A DNA stretch of 57,001 nucleotides from Ruditapes philippinarum (GCF_026571515.1 NW_026862297.1:1-57001); one strand, 5' to 3'; positions 25,879 to 38,700 are shown, numbered from the stretch's first letter. Program-made: numbers and translations. The notes: a model not told the origin generated them from the sequence alone.

Positions 25879-26607
25879 ATGACGGATAAATATTATCGGC
25901 TAGTTACCATTTTGGTTAACATATGTCCTCAACCTCTGCGGGAGTTATTTCTAAAACAGGCAGCCGCAGACCCTAATCTCCAAACACCATACACTACATT
26001 AGATGCTTATTTAGCGTTCAGGAGAAAGGATATCAATAAACTTACCCAAAAGCCAAAATGTGTTCTACGAAAGGATCAATTTTATTTGTTGTTCCCACCT
26101 GCAGGTCAAGGTCAAACAGATATCACCGCGTGGGATGTGACATTATTAACTGCTCTGTTGAAAAACATTTTTAACTTAACCCAAAATGATCTTATGTGTA
26201 TCGAAAATATCAGGACAATCAGAAATGATCTCCAACATATCGCAGGTACGTGTAAAATAACTGAACAAGAATTTAAGACTATATACAACAAATTAAATGT
26301 GAACATTGTAAACTTACATTATCCATTAAGGGCAAATCTTATGCAGACAAGATTGAACAAGATATTAAAGAGGTAGAAAGTTCTATATTAACAGATCTAG
26401 GAGATGTGCTAAGGTCATGGTACATGAGCAAAATCGTAAAATTAGAAACAAAGATAGAACACCTTGAGGATCAGATAGACGAAATAAAAAAAGATACAGG
26501 CAAAACCGTGAACACATTGAAGAAAACCACTGTCAAGCGAACACGAGCCGGAGGTAAAATTACGAAACGTTTCAAAACTGTTGATCATATACTTGAAAAT
26601 ATGAGAG
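25879..26607 (+). CDS. Coding exon 1: DZIP3-like HEPN domain plus helical/coiled-coil linker
   Basis: Acceptor TTTCAG at 25867-25872; RxxxxH motif RNDLQH. After the frameshift the frame reads LSIKGKSYADKIEQDIKEVESSILTDLGDVLRSW..LETKIEHLEDQIDEIKK. Donor G|GTAAG at 26608. Confidence 0.8.
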
Positions 26608-29600
26608 GTAAGCCTTCTTAAGAATTTTAAAGTTTTTGTCAAAATGTTAATGCCATTATGATTTAGTGGTCGTTGAAACCAACATTATAAGCATAGAGAC
26701 AATGTATGACAGTAAATATTGATACTTGTTATTTAAGAATTTATACCCTCTTCATAAAATTTTATATAAGTGTTATATAAGTGTTTGAAACAATGTTTAT
26801 TTGATTGTTATTATTTATGCATTATGCAATAACATTTTTGTGTAACTGAATTTATGTTTTCAAATAGAAAACTTTGTGTCTCTGCTAACGAAGAAACTTG
26901 ACAGTGACTTTACACCTCCGCCAGAAACTACGAGAATCATTAAAGAAATCGAAGAAAATCACCTAGTAGTCGTGTCAGGATACGGCAAAGGCCTATATCT
27001 ACAAGCGGCACTCTCTGCTATTGAGAGCCATGAATATGAAGCGGGAGGAAGCATCCTATGTTCAAGTCCCACTGACTGGCGTCACATCGGTAATGAAGAT
27101 GCCGAGTTAGTTGTGTTCCTTCACCCATTTGGCGAAGGTACATTTGATTTACAGAAGGCAAAAGACTTTCGTTCAATTGCGGATAACATTGTAGAGACAA
27201 CTACCTCTAGCGACAATGACGATGTGCTAGATGTTGTCATAATAATGGACCAATCAAGTTTAGAAGAATGGAAACGACATTTCAGTCATGAGATGATGGA
27301 ACAACCAATCGTTGTCTACAAACCAACCACTGAAGACTCACCTGTGGACCTTATTAAAGGTACACGCATTTAGTTACGATAATTCATTTCATTTATTACA
27401 AATATAACCATGTTTTAAAGGCTTCTGTATCTGACTACTTACTTATGACAAAATATTTTACTTATTTGTAGTAAGTCAGCTATTTGTTATGTGTATTATT
27501 TCCTTTTATAAACATCTAGATCTAGATATTTGACATAATCCTTTAGAATACATGGTCATAATCCTAAAATTTAAAATGTACGTTTGGTGTAGGATAAGAA
27601 CAAGCTATTGATTAAGGTAAATGGTAAGATATTATTTATTTCTTATTTTAGATGAAAGCTGTATGGCACAGGTTGAAGCAGATCCACACTACAAAAACTT
27701 ACTTGGTAGGCATAATTCAGATTTTTAATTACTAGTGAAAAGACTTAGCAAGCATATATAACTAATTATCATAGCATCAATATTGTTGTACACAAATATG
27801 GATACTTCAAATTATGTTTGAAATATTGTGGTCAGACATCGATAAAAACTGTTAACTATGGTCATCTAAGACGAATGTTCGTTTTTCTTTCTTGCAGTTC
27901 AATCAATTGCCTACAATAAACATCATAGAGCAAAGATGGCAGATGAACACTTACTGGAAAACGCATTGGAAGCATTCCGTTCAAGGAAGGTAATCGTCAT
28001 TTCCGGTCCACGTGGCAGTGGAAAAACGACGCTTGCTCTCTCCCTACTGTCGTCATATCAAGATGGTCATTATCTCATACTAACAGAACCGGATGATCTC
28101 AGTTGTATTAGATTCGGTGTTACCTGTGTTGTGATCATCGAAGATCTTGGAGGAAAGTACATGTTCGAAATGTCCGTCATTCAAAAGTGGTTGCGGAAAT
28201 TTGATATGCTCTACTCGGCAGTCAAAGATGGCAAATTAAACGTGATCATCACATGTCTAACAGACCGGTTGAGTTCATGCGTTCACGATTCGAAGCATCC
28301 AATGCTGGAAACTGTCATTGAATTACCGAAAGGTTGTTCTGTTAAAATCAAGAAAGAGTCATCGACAGGTTCGTATGAAATGTTATACTATTTAGCAGTA
28401 TATTTATGAATCATTGTTTTAAATTTTCCGAATATTTGTTTCAATATTGATTCTTAAATTTGGTAATATTAACGTTTGCTGGATTTAGATATCTACATAT
28501 AAATGTATTCAAATTGATTTTATTCTTGTTTGCATAAAGGCAGAAATTACGATCTTATATATTATTTCAGATTGTAATTCTGTAGTGTATGCTGGAATAA
28601 GGTAAGTCCTCTTTTGTTCGGTTTGTTCTATTCCAGGTGATATTTAATGGTCTGTGTTTGTTTTAGGGTAATTGATATTTTTGTAACAAGCAGAATTTTT
28701 ATAATGATGACCTATTTTTATTTTCAATCTGGGGCAAATAAGGTTATTTTTGTCCCAGGTAAAATATATTTTATTTTTACACCGAAACAACAAAAAGCCA
28801 TAAACATACAAGAGATTTAAGAATATGCATATACTTTTACTTAGATTTCTATATTTAACTTAAATAGGGGTTTGAAGCTTAAGATGACTTTCAAATGTTA
28901 GCTGTTTGTATAAATAATGACAGAAGCATAAAGAAAGGACATATCTAAAGGATCAGGTTTAAAACTGAGTAGACATAATCTTCTTAATTATAGCGAGTTG
29001 AATATGTAATGTTCTAGAAAGTACGTTCATTGCGATACATGGGATCTCTATTAAACAATGCACATAGGACAATAAAACTGTTCCAAGAACTATGACCTTT
29101 TGAATTCGATAAGTCCGAAATAAAAGTGTTGAGGAATTGCAAAATTGGGTGCAAGAACATCCGTCGGACCGAAATGTATAATAATCAGATATAACACCGA
29201 CTTTTTAAAAGTTAATAAACTTAAGAAGAAATATTTCACTGATTTTCGTGTAAGTGCTTTTTTCTAAATGTTTAAAACACTTGTATTGAGATTCCTAATC
29301 ATTAAATCTCTACTTTATTTCTCAGATAAATTAATTCATAAATAATTCCGTTTAATATACAATGATATTCGTAAGCTTGCATGAAAAGAAATTGTTATGT
29401 TTGGTGTTAATGGCATTCTTTTCTCATTTTTTAGTCATTTGAAAAATCATTACTTCGTTAAAATCGTAAAACAGTATGCCGCAATTATTTTGAACATCTG
29501 CAGTCGTCTTCGATGAAAACAGTCGCAATATAAAGTTAATTTTTGTCATAGGACATTTAATAAAGATACAAATTGTATGTATAGCATCATTTTAAACTTT

Positions 29601-32600
29601 TCTCATTTCACAGTGTGTTTGAGTAAATGAAGGTCAAATTAGCATGTACTCGCTCCGCGTCCCCTACGTTTTATCTCTTAAAATCTCGCTCCGCGCCCCC
29701 GCGGGGGATGTTTTATCGCCACCCCGTTGATAATCGTGTTTTCACTCCGCTCCCTGGCCATTTTAATTAGTTCATTCTCGAATTTTCGCTTGGCGGGGTT
29801 GCGAGGCGAAAACTAATATGACACACAAATCTGCCACGATGAATCTATATGTTATATAGGTAACTGGAATAAGGAAGTTTACCACAAAAGCAAACTTTAC
29901 AGAGTAGGACAAGCAGCAGGACTATGTGATAAACACTTTAACCACTAGAGATTAACATTTATTCGCTACATTTTGCGAACTTGTCAGCTTGATAGATTCC
30001 ATAGTTTTTGACTAAATCAAGCTGAAACGAGCTTTTAGCAAATTGTTTTCTCCAGCTGACCAAATTGAAAAAGTCATAGCTCTCTGAATATTGTGTTTTA
30101 TTTGTTATTATTTACTTATGTAGCATATATTAATGAAGGGTCATTATGTATATTGGTGTCTAGAAGGCTAATACTCTTCTGGAGGACTCACACATATGGG
30201 CAACCGGTGGCGCGTATAAATAAACTCAAATACACACAAATATTGGTGTTGTTTGTAGATTATCTCTTCACCGCATATGGTTGTGAACGAATCTAGCTCT
30301 CAGGAGTGCATTTTTACAGTCGACATCATACTAGAATTGCAGCGAATTAAGCTTTCAGAAATCATCATTATTACTGTCATCGTCATAGTCATCGGCATTT
30401 TCATCATCACTTTTTTTCTTCTTCGTCGATATATGCTTGTTTTTCTTTTTTTCTTCTTCTTCATAAAATTATCATCGTTACACCATTGTTAGATCATCAT
30501 CTTCATCATCATAAACAGTACAGCATCTTTATATCGTCATCTTCAATAGAACATCATTATATATCATCCATCAATATTATCACAAGTAAATCATCAACAC
30601 AATCATCGGTGCCATCCTCATAAGTGCCATCATTACAACACCATCATTATGAATTCGAGATGCTTTAAAGTATTATTTCTGATGTAATTTGCAGAATTGC
30701 TTGGTGGTTATATATCCGGTAGCTGTGTTGGTTCATACCAACAGGGACAAGCCATTGTATTTTGAGCTCATTGCTCGGAACTTGCTGGTTTCCAAATAAA
30801 ACAGATTCGAAAGTGTATCTATAATCATATTTATTAAATTCAACACAATTGATAAAATCACTTTTCTAACTTTCGGGTCTTTACAGTTCAATATGTACCC
30901 TGACTTGCGATAACAAGCACCTTTTACTTCCAATCAATGTATGTCTTTCTTGTAAAAACACAAAGAAGGCTCGTTATGGCATTATAATTAAAGCATTATG
31001 CCTCAAGATTCATGTTTATCTACTTCAATATTTTGAAGATATATTTAAAGTAAAATATTGTAAAGTGAAACAACAAACAAATTATGATTCAAATAAATAA
31101 CCAAAAATGGCCACAAAATGGTAAAAGGCCCATTTTCCTGTATTTCGATTTTCTTGAAATATTTCTGGTCATCTAGAGGTATACAGTTTTATCAAGTTAC
31201 ATGAATTTATTAAATGTTTATCAGTGTTATAGTAAAAAAACAAATAAATGTAAAAATATCCAAGAGATGAATGAAGCAACAATATCCATCCCTGCTCTTT
31301 ATATTGAAATACAATGGAAAAAAGACATCGGACTTCATATCATTTACCATAAAATAATGATGATGCTGTTGACATTGATCAAACCAAGCTGATTTTGATA
31401 CGATAATAAAACATATCCATAAAATTTAAAATGGAATTTATGATTTTGACGATGAAAGACATGATAATTATGATCTTGGTGTAATTAATAGAAGAAATAA
31501 TGATTTATGCTGATGATGATTGTAATGGTTATGATTATGATGCGGTTGATTTTTTTTAAATAATGCTGATTGTGATGATGAATGTGATAATGATAAGTTT
31601 TTAATGATGATAATAATGACAGGAATGATGATTACGGAAGCGATTATATTCACGGTTTCGATGAAGATTTACGTAGTAAAATCAATTTCGATGACAATGA
31701 GCGTGATGAATATTAAGGTTATAATCATTAGGGGGCTCATACCTTAAAGACGTTTTCGGTAGTTTTTTTGTGCGCATCGTTATGCGCTTCCAAGAAAGAT
31801 AGTCACGGATTATTACTCTTCAAATGTTTGTAGGCTAAGTGAAGTGTGACTTTAATGCGAGGCCCTCGGTCTTAAATAGGTTAATTTAATCTTGCCTAGT
31901 TCTATTAGGGTGTAATAATGCTGTTTCAACTTGAAGTACAGATAATTAAACGTACCACTGGAAATCTTTGCCCTTAATTATAATTATTCAAGTATACCTA
32001 CACACACACATACCTGTATCATCTTTTCTGAAGGGTCTAAAACATACACATTAATATTTTATTTTAGTAAATAAGCACTTTCGTGATGATGTAATTCCAG
32101 GAGATTAACATGTTTTGCATTAGTAATAAATAATGACAACATATGACAACATTTGTCAATAATACTGTTTTATACATGTACTTGTATTACTATTATATTT
32201 CAGTCCGAACACATCATCCTATAACAGAGTAAAGAAGATCCAAAGGCATATAATTGAAACTCCTGAAAATGTGACACTTTACGGGACGTCAAAATGGTGT
32301 CAACATCCAGATGGGTCGTTTCTCTATTTAGCCAACATAATAGTATCATCAGTTGATGATGATGAAGATGATTCCATCGATACATCTCAGATATATAAAA
32401 CTGTTATTATTCATATCAGTTCAGACTTTGAATACCAATGTTACTACAATACTGATATAAAAGAAGACACGGATACTACAAAACATATCTGCTGTACTAA
32501 TACTGGGGATGTGGTGATGTCTGTGAAAAGAGAATTAAGATTGTATAGAATATCAAGTGGAAGTCTTCGATTCATCAAATCTATAGATGTGGGGTTTGAG

Positions 32601-33095
32601 TGCACAAATATGTCCTTCTTCAAGAATAAGATTTACTGTTTTACTTATGGGGCATCATTAATAATTCTAGATACAAATCTAAATATAAAGAGAAGAGTTG
32701 AACTCATTGGAATTGCTGCCGAGAATATTTTACCATGTTCATTACAAAAGTATATCAGTACTTTGTATTCTAATTATGCCGATAATTGTATCATATGTGA
32801 GGATTCCAGACTTAAGCAATTGAAATATTTAAGAAAGGAAGGATTTCTACGTCTGTCTATGTGTGCTGCTACTGAGGACAGTGTATTCGTATTTGGGAGA
32901 CAGGGTGAGGACTTCAGGATTTTACAGGTGAACACTGACATGACGGTACTCACAGAAATATGTGTAGACAAAAAAGAGATGGACCAGATTTATATACGGG
33001 ATGTTGATAAAATGGTGTTTGACAAAAATAATTCCAGATTATTCATATCATCACGTTACGATGAACTAACATTTCATACAATTTACTTAGAGTGA
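25879..33095 (+). CDS. HEPN(DZIP3-type)-coiled-coil-tandem nSTAND3-like NTPase-beta-propeller protein, about 889 aa; exons 25879-26607, 26868-27359, 27652-27705, 27898-28368, 28571-28601, 32204-33095; one 1-nt frameshift near 26317
   Basis: All five introns are GT..AG with pyrimidine tracts and compatible phases (1,1,1,1,2). Exon lengths plus one missing base total 2670 nt = 890 codons ending in TGA. Motifs: LLFP..WDVTLLTALLKNI..IRTIRNDLQH; VIVISGPRGSGKTT; VVIIEDLGG. Confidence 0.82.
26868..27359 (+). CDS. Exon 2: degenerate STAND-type NTPase repeat
   Basis: LVVVSGYGKG (broken Walker A), SSPTDW, LVVFLHPFG (Walker B acidic residues lost); colinear with exon 4. Confidence 0.7.
27898..28368 (+). 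CDS. Exon 4: P-loop NTPase, nSTAND3-like
   Basis: Walker A GPRGSGKT, Walker B VVIIED followed by LGG, later strand VIIT; acceptor TTTCTTGCAG; donor G|GTTCGT. Confidence 0.85.
30360..30650. repeat. Degenerate (ATC)n low-complexity tract
   Basis: Dense ATC/CAT triplets in the last intron of the HEPN-STAND gene. Confidence 0.75.
31355..31720. repeat. Degenerate (GAT)n low-complexity tract
   Basis: Dense GAT/TGA triplets. Confidence 0.75.
32204..33095 (+). CDS. Terminal exon: beta-strand-rich, beta-propeller-like domain
   Basis: About 296 open codons with repeating blade-like segments (HICCTNTGDVVMS, NMSFFKNKIYCFT, SMCAATEDSVFVFG, KMVFDKNNSRLFISS). Confidence 0.7.
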
Positions 33096-34120
33096 ACAGA
33101 TTATATGACATTTTACAATGTACATTTTTTCACAAACATGGACAGTCTATGCATTTTCACTGTACTCACCAGCTTTATTCATATTCATTTACAGAAAGAT
33201 AATATTAATTTCCTCAAATGTTATAGTTATAATAAAATGTCTCCTTTTCCAAACAAACTGTAGGAAAACTGTTCAAGAAAAAATATTATGATTACCTTAT
33301 ATTTTACAATTTATTAAAGCCAGTTTAATAAGTGTAAAAAACTGGATAAATCATGCTTTATTCTGTCTCACCAAATTTTAAAAAATCATGTTTTACTTTA
33401 AATATAATAGTAAACAGTCTAGTTTAATTCGATGCTAACTCGTGAGGCGTTTTCACTTTTTGCTAAAAGTCAATTATATTGTTAAGATATTAGAATTATA
33501 TTATTTTCCGTTAACCTACGTTGTAACATGATTATTTCAAAATGGACTCGCCCATATTGACGTCAAATTAAGGCTTCGTCCCAAAAATTAGCATGTTCTC
33601 GGTTATCATAAACAGAAACAATTTTTTTATTGTTCACTGATAAACATTTTAATGTTATATTTAAAAAATGTTGATGTAAAAAGGCCTTTGTACAAATAAA
33701 GATTTTCTTCCTTTTCTTCGTGTAGTTGAATACAATTTCACATTTTAAAATAAAGCACACCAAACCCCCGCCCCCACCCCAAGAGCGACTTGATTTCAAG
33801 AAACAACTATCATGACTATGATGCATGTTAGTCAAATTTGAGACTTTTTATAATTCTTCAAGCAGATTTAAATCTTAATTGTTAAAATAAGTGTATTAAT
33901 TTGTTAATTTTACATTTGTTCTTGTTATTGTTTTTTTTTTTTTTTTTTTTTTTTTTATTTGTTTTAGATACAAAATATATCGTTAACATCAGTTGATATG
34001 CAAAAACATGTATTTTCTATTAGTTCTTTTATAATACGGTTGTATGTGTGCCAGTTGTCTTCTTCTTTATAGCTAAACAGATCAGTCATAAATTATTATA
34101 TATCTGAATGTTTGCATTAA

Positions 34121-34445
34121 AGGAACTCCACTGAAATCAAAGATCCTAAGAACATAAAATTTCAATTTCTTACATTGGTCATAGGGCACTTAAATAGAGA
34201 GATATGTAAATGATAATACAGAAATATACACGGAAATAAAGTGAAAATCATAGCTCGAGTTGAGTGAAAGGTATTGCAGCGTTTGGTATTCGGTCTTTTT
34301 TAAGACCCTGAAAAAAACGAATTGAGTAAATGATCTGAAGTTAACAAATTCAAAAGTTAGTCGTCAAGACATGCATCAAATCGAATATTAATCTCGAAAG
34401 ATTATTTCCAGTCCTGCCATGTCCATAAACCTCAGTGGAGTCCCT
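34121..34445. mobile_element. MITE with TTAA-type target site (Kolobok-like, tentative), copy A
   Basis: TIRs AGGAACTCCACTGA / TCAGTGGAGTCCCT; flanks TTAA and TTCA; internal homology to 35365-35723. Confidence 0.75.
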
Positions 34446-35364
34446 TTCATGATCACAATTTTTACATTGTTCATATTCTATGCATCCATGTAAATTTAGA
34501 TTTTTCATAGTTTAAAATTTAGCTTACATTTTTATGATTTATATTGTATGTAAGTAATTGATACTATTACTGATAATACTCTTAATAAATGAAATTAATT
34601 CAATCAGTTCAAGATGTTATGCCCCATATTTGCATGCACATTCTTTTGTATTTTATATTTACAAATATCATACTAGAAATAGTGTTTAATGAATTATTTG
34701 AAAGTATTTTTTTTTCACATACCGTAACTTTGTTTTCTTCCAAACTTTTCATATCAAAAACACATACTTGGGATTTGAATATTGGTGTTTAAATAGATTG
34801 TTATTGAAATAAAGCTTTTAAATACTCTAGATGTCAAAACCTACTTACGTACAACAACATATCCTGGAACTCTTTTTTAAAACTTTTTCAGCTGTTATCC
34901 AACCCCAAGCTAAAACAGTTTTGCTGTTGGTTTAAACGAAATCTTTCAATGAATTTTTCACAGTTTCAAAAAGAAAAATGGTTATAAATAAGTAATGTCC
35001 TAGAGTTAGATCTTTTATAATGCAATATGTCGCCTTAGAAGTCTGTGGCTAATAAAAGACAAGGAATCATTTATTAGGTTCAGATGAATTCTTACTTCAA
35101 TAAACTTTTGTTCAAACTGTAAAATTTGGATAAATTGTTTATTGGATAATTCCAGGTATGTGACTTCCTTCATTTATTACAAAAAATGATTTGTTAAAAG
35201 GAATGTAATTTTCATAGCTACGTCTCACTAAACATGTAAATATTTAGTCTACTTTATTTTCTGTACATGTTGTTTTTTTATAAATATCATACTATGTTTT
35301 GTTGTTAAACAATTGTATTTCCAATTTTCATCATCCAAATACTTTATAACTGTACTGTGTTTAC

Positions 35365-35723
35365 AGGGACTCCACTGAGGTTTAAAAGCCTAAAAACATA
35401 ACATTAGAATAATTTTTTACATAAATGAACTGGGCGCTTTAAACATAAATATTTGCAAAGATAGTTAAGAAATATACTTTAAAATAAATCGAAAATCGTA
35501 GTTTTATGCTTTTCTTAGCCTTAATTTGAGAGAAAAGCGTTTAAACGCTTTTCATTTTGGGTCATTTTTTTACAATTTGAATAATTATTATGGAAAAACG
35601 AAGTGCGCGAATGATCTGAAAGTTTGCACAAAGATTTGTGGTCTACACCTACATCAAATGGTACATTTATCTGGAAAAAATATTTTCAGTCCCATCATGT
35701 CAAAAAACCTCAGTGGAGTCCCT
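35365..35723. mobile_element. MITE with TTAA-type target site (Kolobok-like, tentative), copy B
   Basis: Perfect 19-bp TIR AGGGACTCCACTGAGGTTT / AAACCTCAGTGGAGTCCCT; flanks TTAC and TTAA. Confidence 0.82.
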
Positions 35724-38700
35724 TTAAGCATTTAATCATTTTGTTAATACATAAGTGATATTCATTTATTAATACTTAATGACCATAAAAAGGCGTTTGT
35801 AGCTATTTTATGAAATAAATGAGAATTATTATCAAATGATAATACAGACTATTAAACTGAATAACTGTTTTAAGATGTAAATTAGATTTACATTTTAAAA
35901 AGCTGTTTGACATTCTTGTGAAGTAAATGTTTGTACATATTAATTCATTTTTGGCGTTATTTCACACAGAAAGCGAGTAATAAACTTTGTCTCTTAGCTT
36001 ATATTCCCCATTAAATGAAAAATGTATAACTTTATAAGTTTGTTCAAATATGATAGATGACTTTATACTTCAGTAAAATTGTAAGATAGTGCTTATTGTA
36101 TAATCTAGAATAAAACTATAGCTTATTTACACTAATACTATTCAAGTTCACGGGTTAGGGTACAATATTCGAAAGACGTTTTTTTATCACTCTAAGTATA
36201 TTGATGTTATGACAATGAATTTCTCTATAACCTGTATTGAATTAACATTAGAAGGTATGATATGTGTTTATTGTAAGCATCATGTTTTGCAACATTTTTC
36301 ACTTCCTAAGTATCGCATACAAGTATACATGGCAAATAGTACCTATGTTTATTTTATCACAAGCTCATAAATGGATAATTTTGCAGAGTGAACATATAAG
36401 CGGGTTATTTATAAATAAACCAAAGAATTTTTGTGTATTTTACAATTGTATTGCAGAGCATTACACATGTTATTTTAACATTTGATAAAACACAAGAGCA
36501 CAAATAATCGTAAAAATACCCATTAAACGAGTATAAATGATAAATTGTAACATATACATAAATTGTTTATATTAACGTAAGATTATCCAACAATAGATTA
36601 AAAATGTAATAGCAGTTTTGTAACAGAATATGTAAAACGAGCATATTATTTCGATTTAAAATCATTTATATTTTTAACTATTATTTTGGATATGCATGTC
36701 ATCAATATTTATAAATTGAAATTCAAATAAAAATCTAAAAAGCAAAAATCTTGCCTTTACTTTTGTTATGATTTAGTAAAGTACCTGCATTTGAAATAAG
36801 ACTTCAACCACAGCACGTTATAACTCTAGTCAAACACAGAAAAAATGATCAGAACTAATCAAGAATATCCCTTGAATTTTATAAAGCGAGGTCTTTTTTT
36901 CAATTTAGCAGTATTTCAGCCTAACAAAATTGTTATGCAAAATCAACTCATCAAACACTTCAATACTCTGGACCAATACTTCACAGCTTTTAGTAACTGT
37001 GAGAATATACAGTCATATAGATTACTGGAAGCAGGATCATGGCATATGGCAGTAAAAAATATAGTGAAGAAAAACAACTGGTAGGTGCCTCTTTGAAAAA
37101 CAGATCCTTTACATTTCACATCATCGTTGGATACATAAATAAAGTTTATCTTCTTTCTATTTGTTACAGTTCTGTAAAACTTATAATTTGTAATCTTGGT
37201 GTCGTAAGTTTGTGCTATAAATGTGCTAAAATGTCACAAATATAAAGACTTAACAAAATAAAAAGGTCTTGATATAAATCTAAAGTTTAAAAAAAAAATG
37301 AAAATTCATATTCAGTGTAATCATACATCTTCAAATACATCGCACTTACATTTCTAAGAAGAAATAAATGTAATATGTAGTCAGTGATAAAACATCTGAT
37401 CTACATGATCTTAAAATTAATATTCTGTAACTTCTTATCAAATAAATATTTAGGCCAGTAGTAGAACAAGTAGTTTTATTCCATTTCAGATTTGACTACT
37501 TTGTTATCAAAATTATTAGAATCCTTATTTGCTTTGAAAGGTTCGGCTACATTTGGCACACTTTCATTATCACAGACAGAATCTTCCACACGTTTGCAAG
37601 TATTTTGAATTTCTTCGACATTTGGGCTATCCTTAACAGTGTGTTCAACACTAGGAATTTTGTTCCTTAAAGTGCCCGAGTTTGTATTTATTTCATCGTC
37701 AACAGTATTCTTAATTTCATTTAGTTGTTCTTGGGACACTTCATTGCTTGTTACTATGTCAATAAAATGTTTAGTTATAGGGTCAATAGATAATCTTTCT
37801 TCCTTATAAACACTTGTTTCAAAGCTTTCACTAGTTAAATCCTTCTGTTGGAACTCAGAATCATTTAACTGTTTTTCCGATAAAGTTTCAATGTCTGTAA
37901 CACATTCTGTACTTTCATTTGTTAATGTTTCCCTGGGCATTTCAGTTCTGTTTGAAAAAGTGTCATCATATTGTTTTGAAACAGTGCTACTTACAGTCTC
38001 GTCCTTGCCTAAAACATTATCAGTAGGTTGTTTTACAACAGGATCAAAATTATGTTCAAATTGTTTTATTGCAGTGGTACTTGAAATTATTTCATTGTTA
38101 CAATCAACATCATTGTATTGTTCTATCATTGTAACAGTATCACAAGACACACTTATTTTGTTTGCAACACCAGAATCACCTTGAATTTCTACATCATCAC
38201 AAGATGTGTCTCTTTTGTTTTCGTTGATGCCATGTGTTTCTACATCTAAATTCATATTTCGTTCAAAATCATCAACATTTTTATCAACTGGTTGTCGAAC
38301 TGTTTTATTTCTTCAGTTACTTTCTTGCATTCCCTATTTTACCTTTCATATTCAGCTTCTAGGAACTCTCTATCTCTCTTCGATGATATCTGTTGTTTTC
38401 TGTCTCTGATACTTATTCTGAAAGTAATATGTATAATATATTTACTTCAGTAAGGTAGCCAAGGTTTTGCCGTAACGACTCAAAACAGTAATATATATAT
38501 GCATGTATGAGTTGGGAAATTTAACCAGCTTTGGCCGCCTAGTAACAATACCAATGAGTCATCGTTATTTAAAAATTTATATGAAGATTTGTGTAAATTT
38601 GACATAATAAACCTGTTAGTAATGTGCATTAACATTACATGTGCTTTATTAACAAAAGCATCCTTATTAAAAGGCTTGTAGGATATTATAGATATATTTT

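Noticed and set aside
25864-28409. Reading HEPN and NTPase ORFs as a prokaryotic defence operon or contamination
   Set aside because: The ORFs are bounded by canonical splice sites with matching phases and embedded among animal LINEs and MITEs.
29645-29840. GC-rich patch with repeated CTCGCTCCGCG as a possible ncRNA
   Set aside because: No tRNA or other recognisable fold or promoter boxes; more likely a repeat fragment, but its ends could not be defined.
30277-30492. Apparent transmembrane ORF inside the STAND gene intron
   Set aside because: The hydrophobic run arises from (ATC)n/(TTC)n low complexity; no convincing donor, and the flanking exons join in phase without it.
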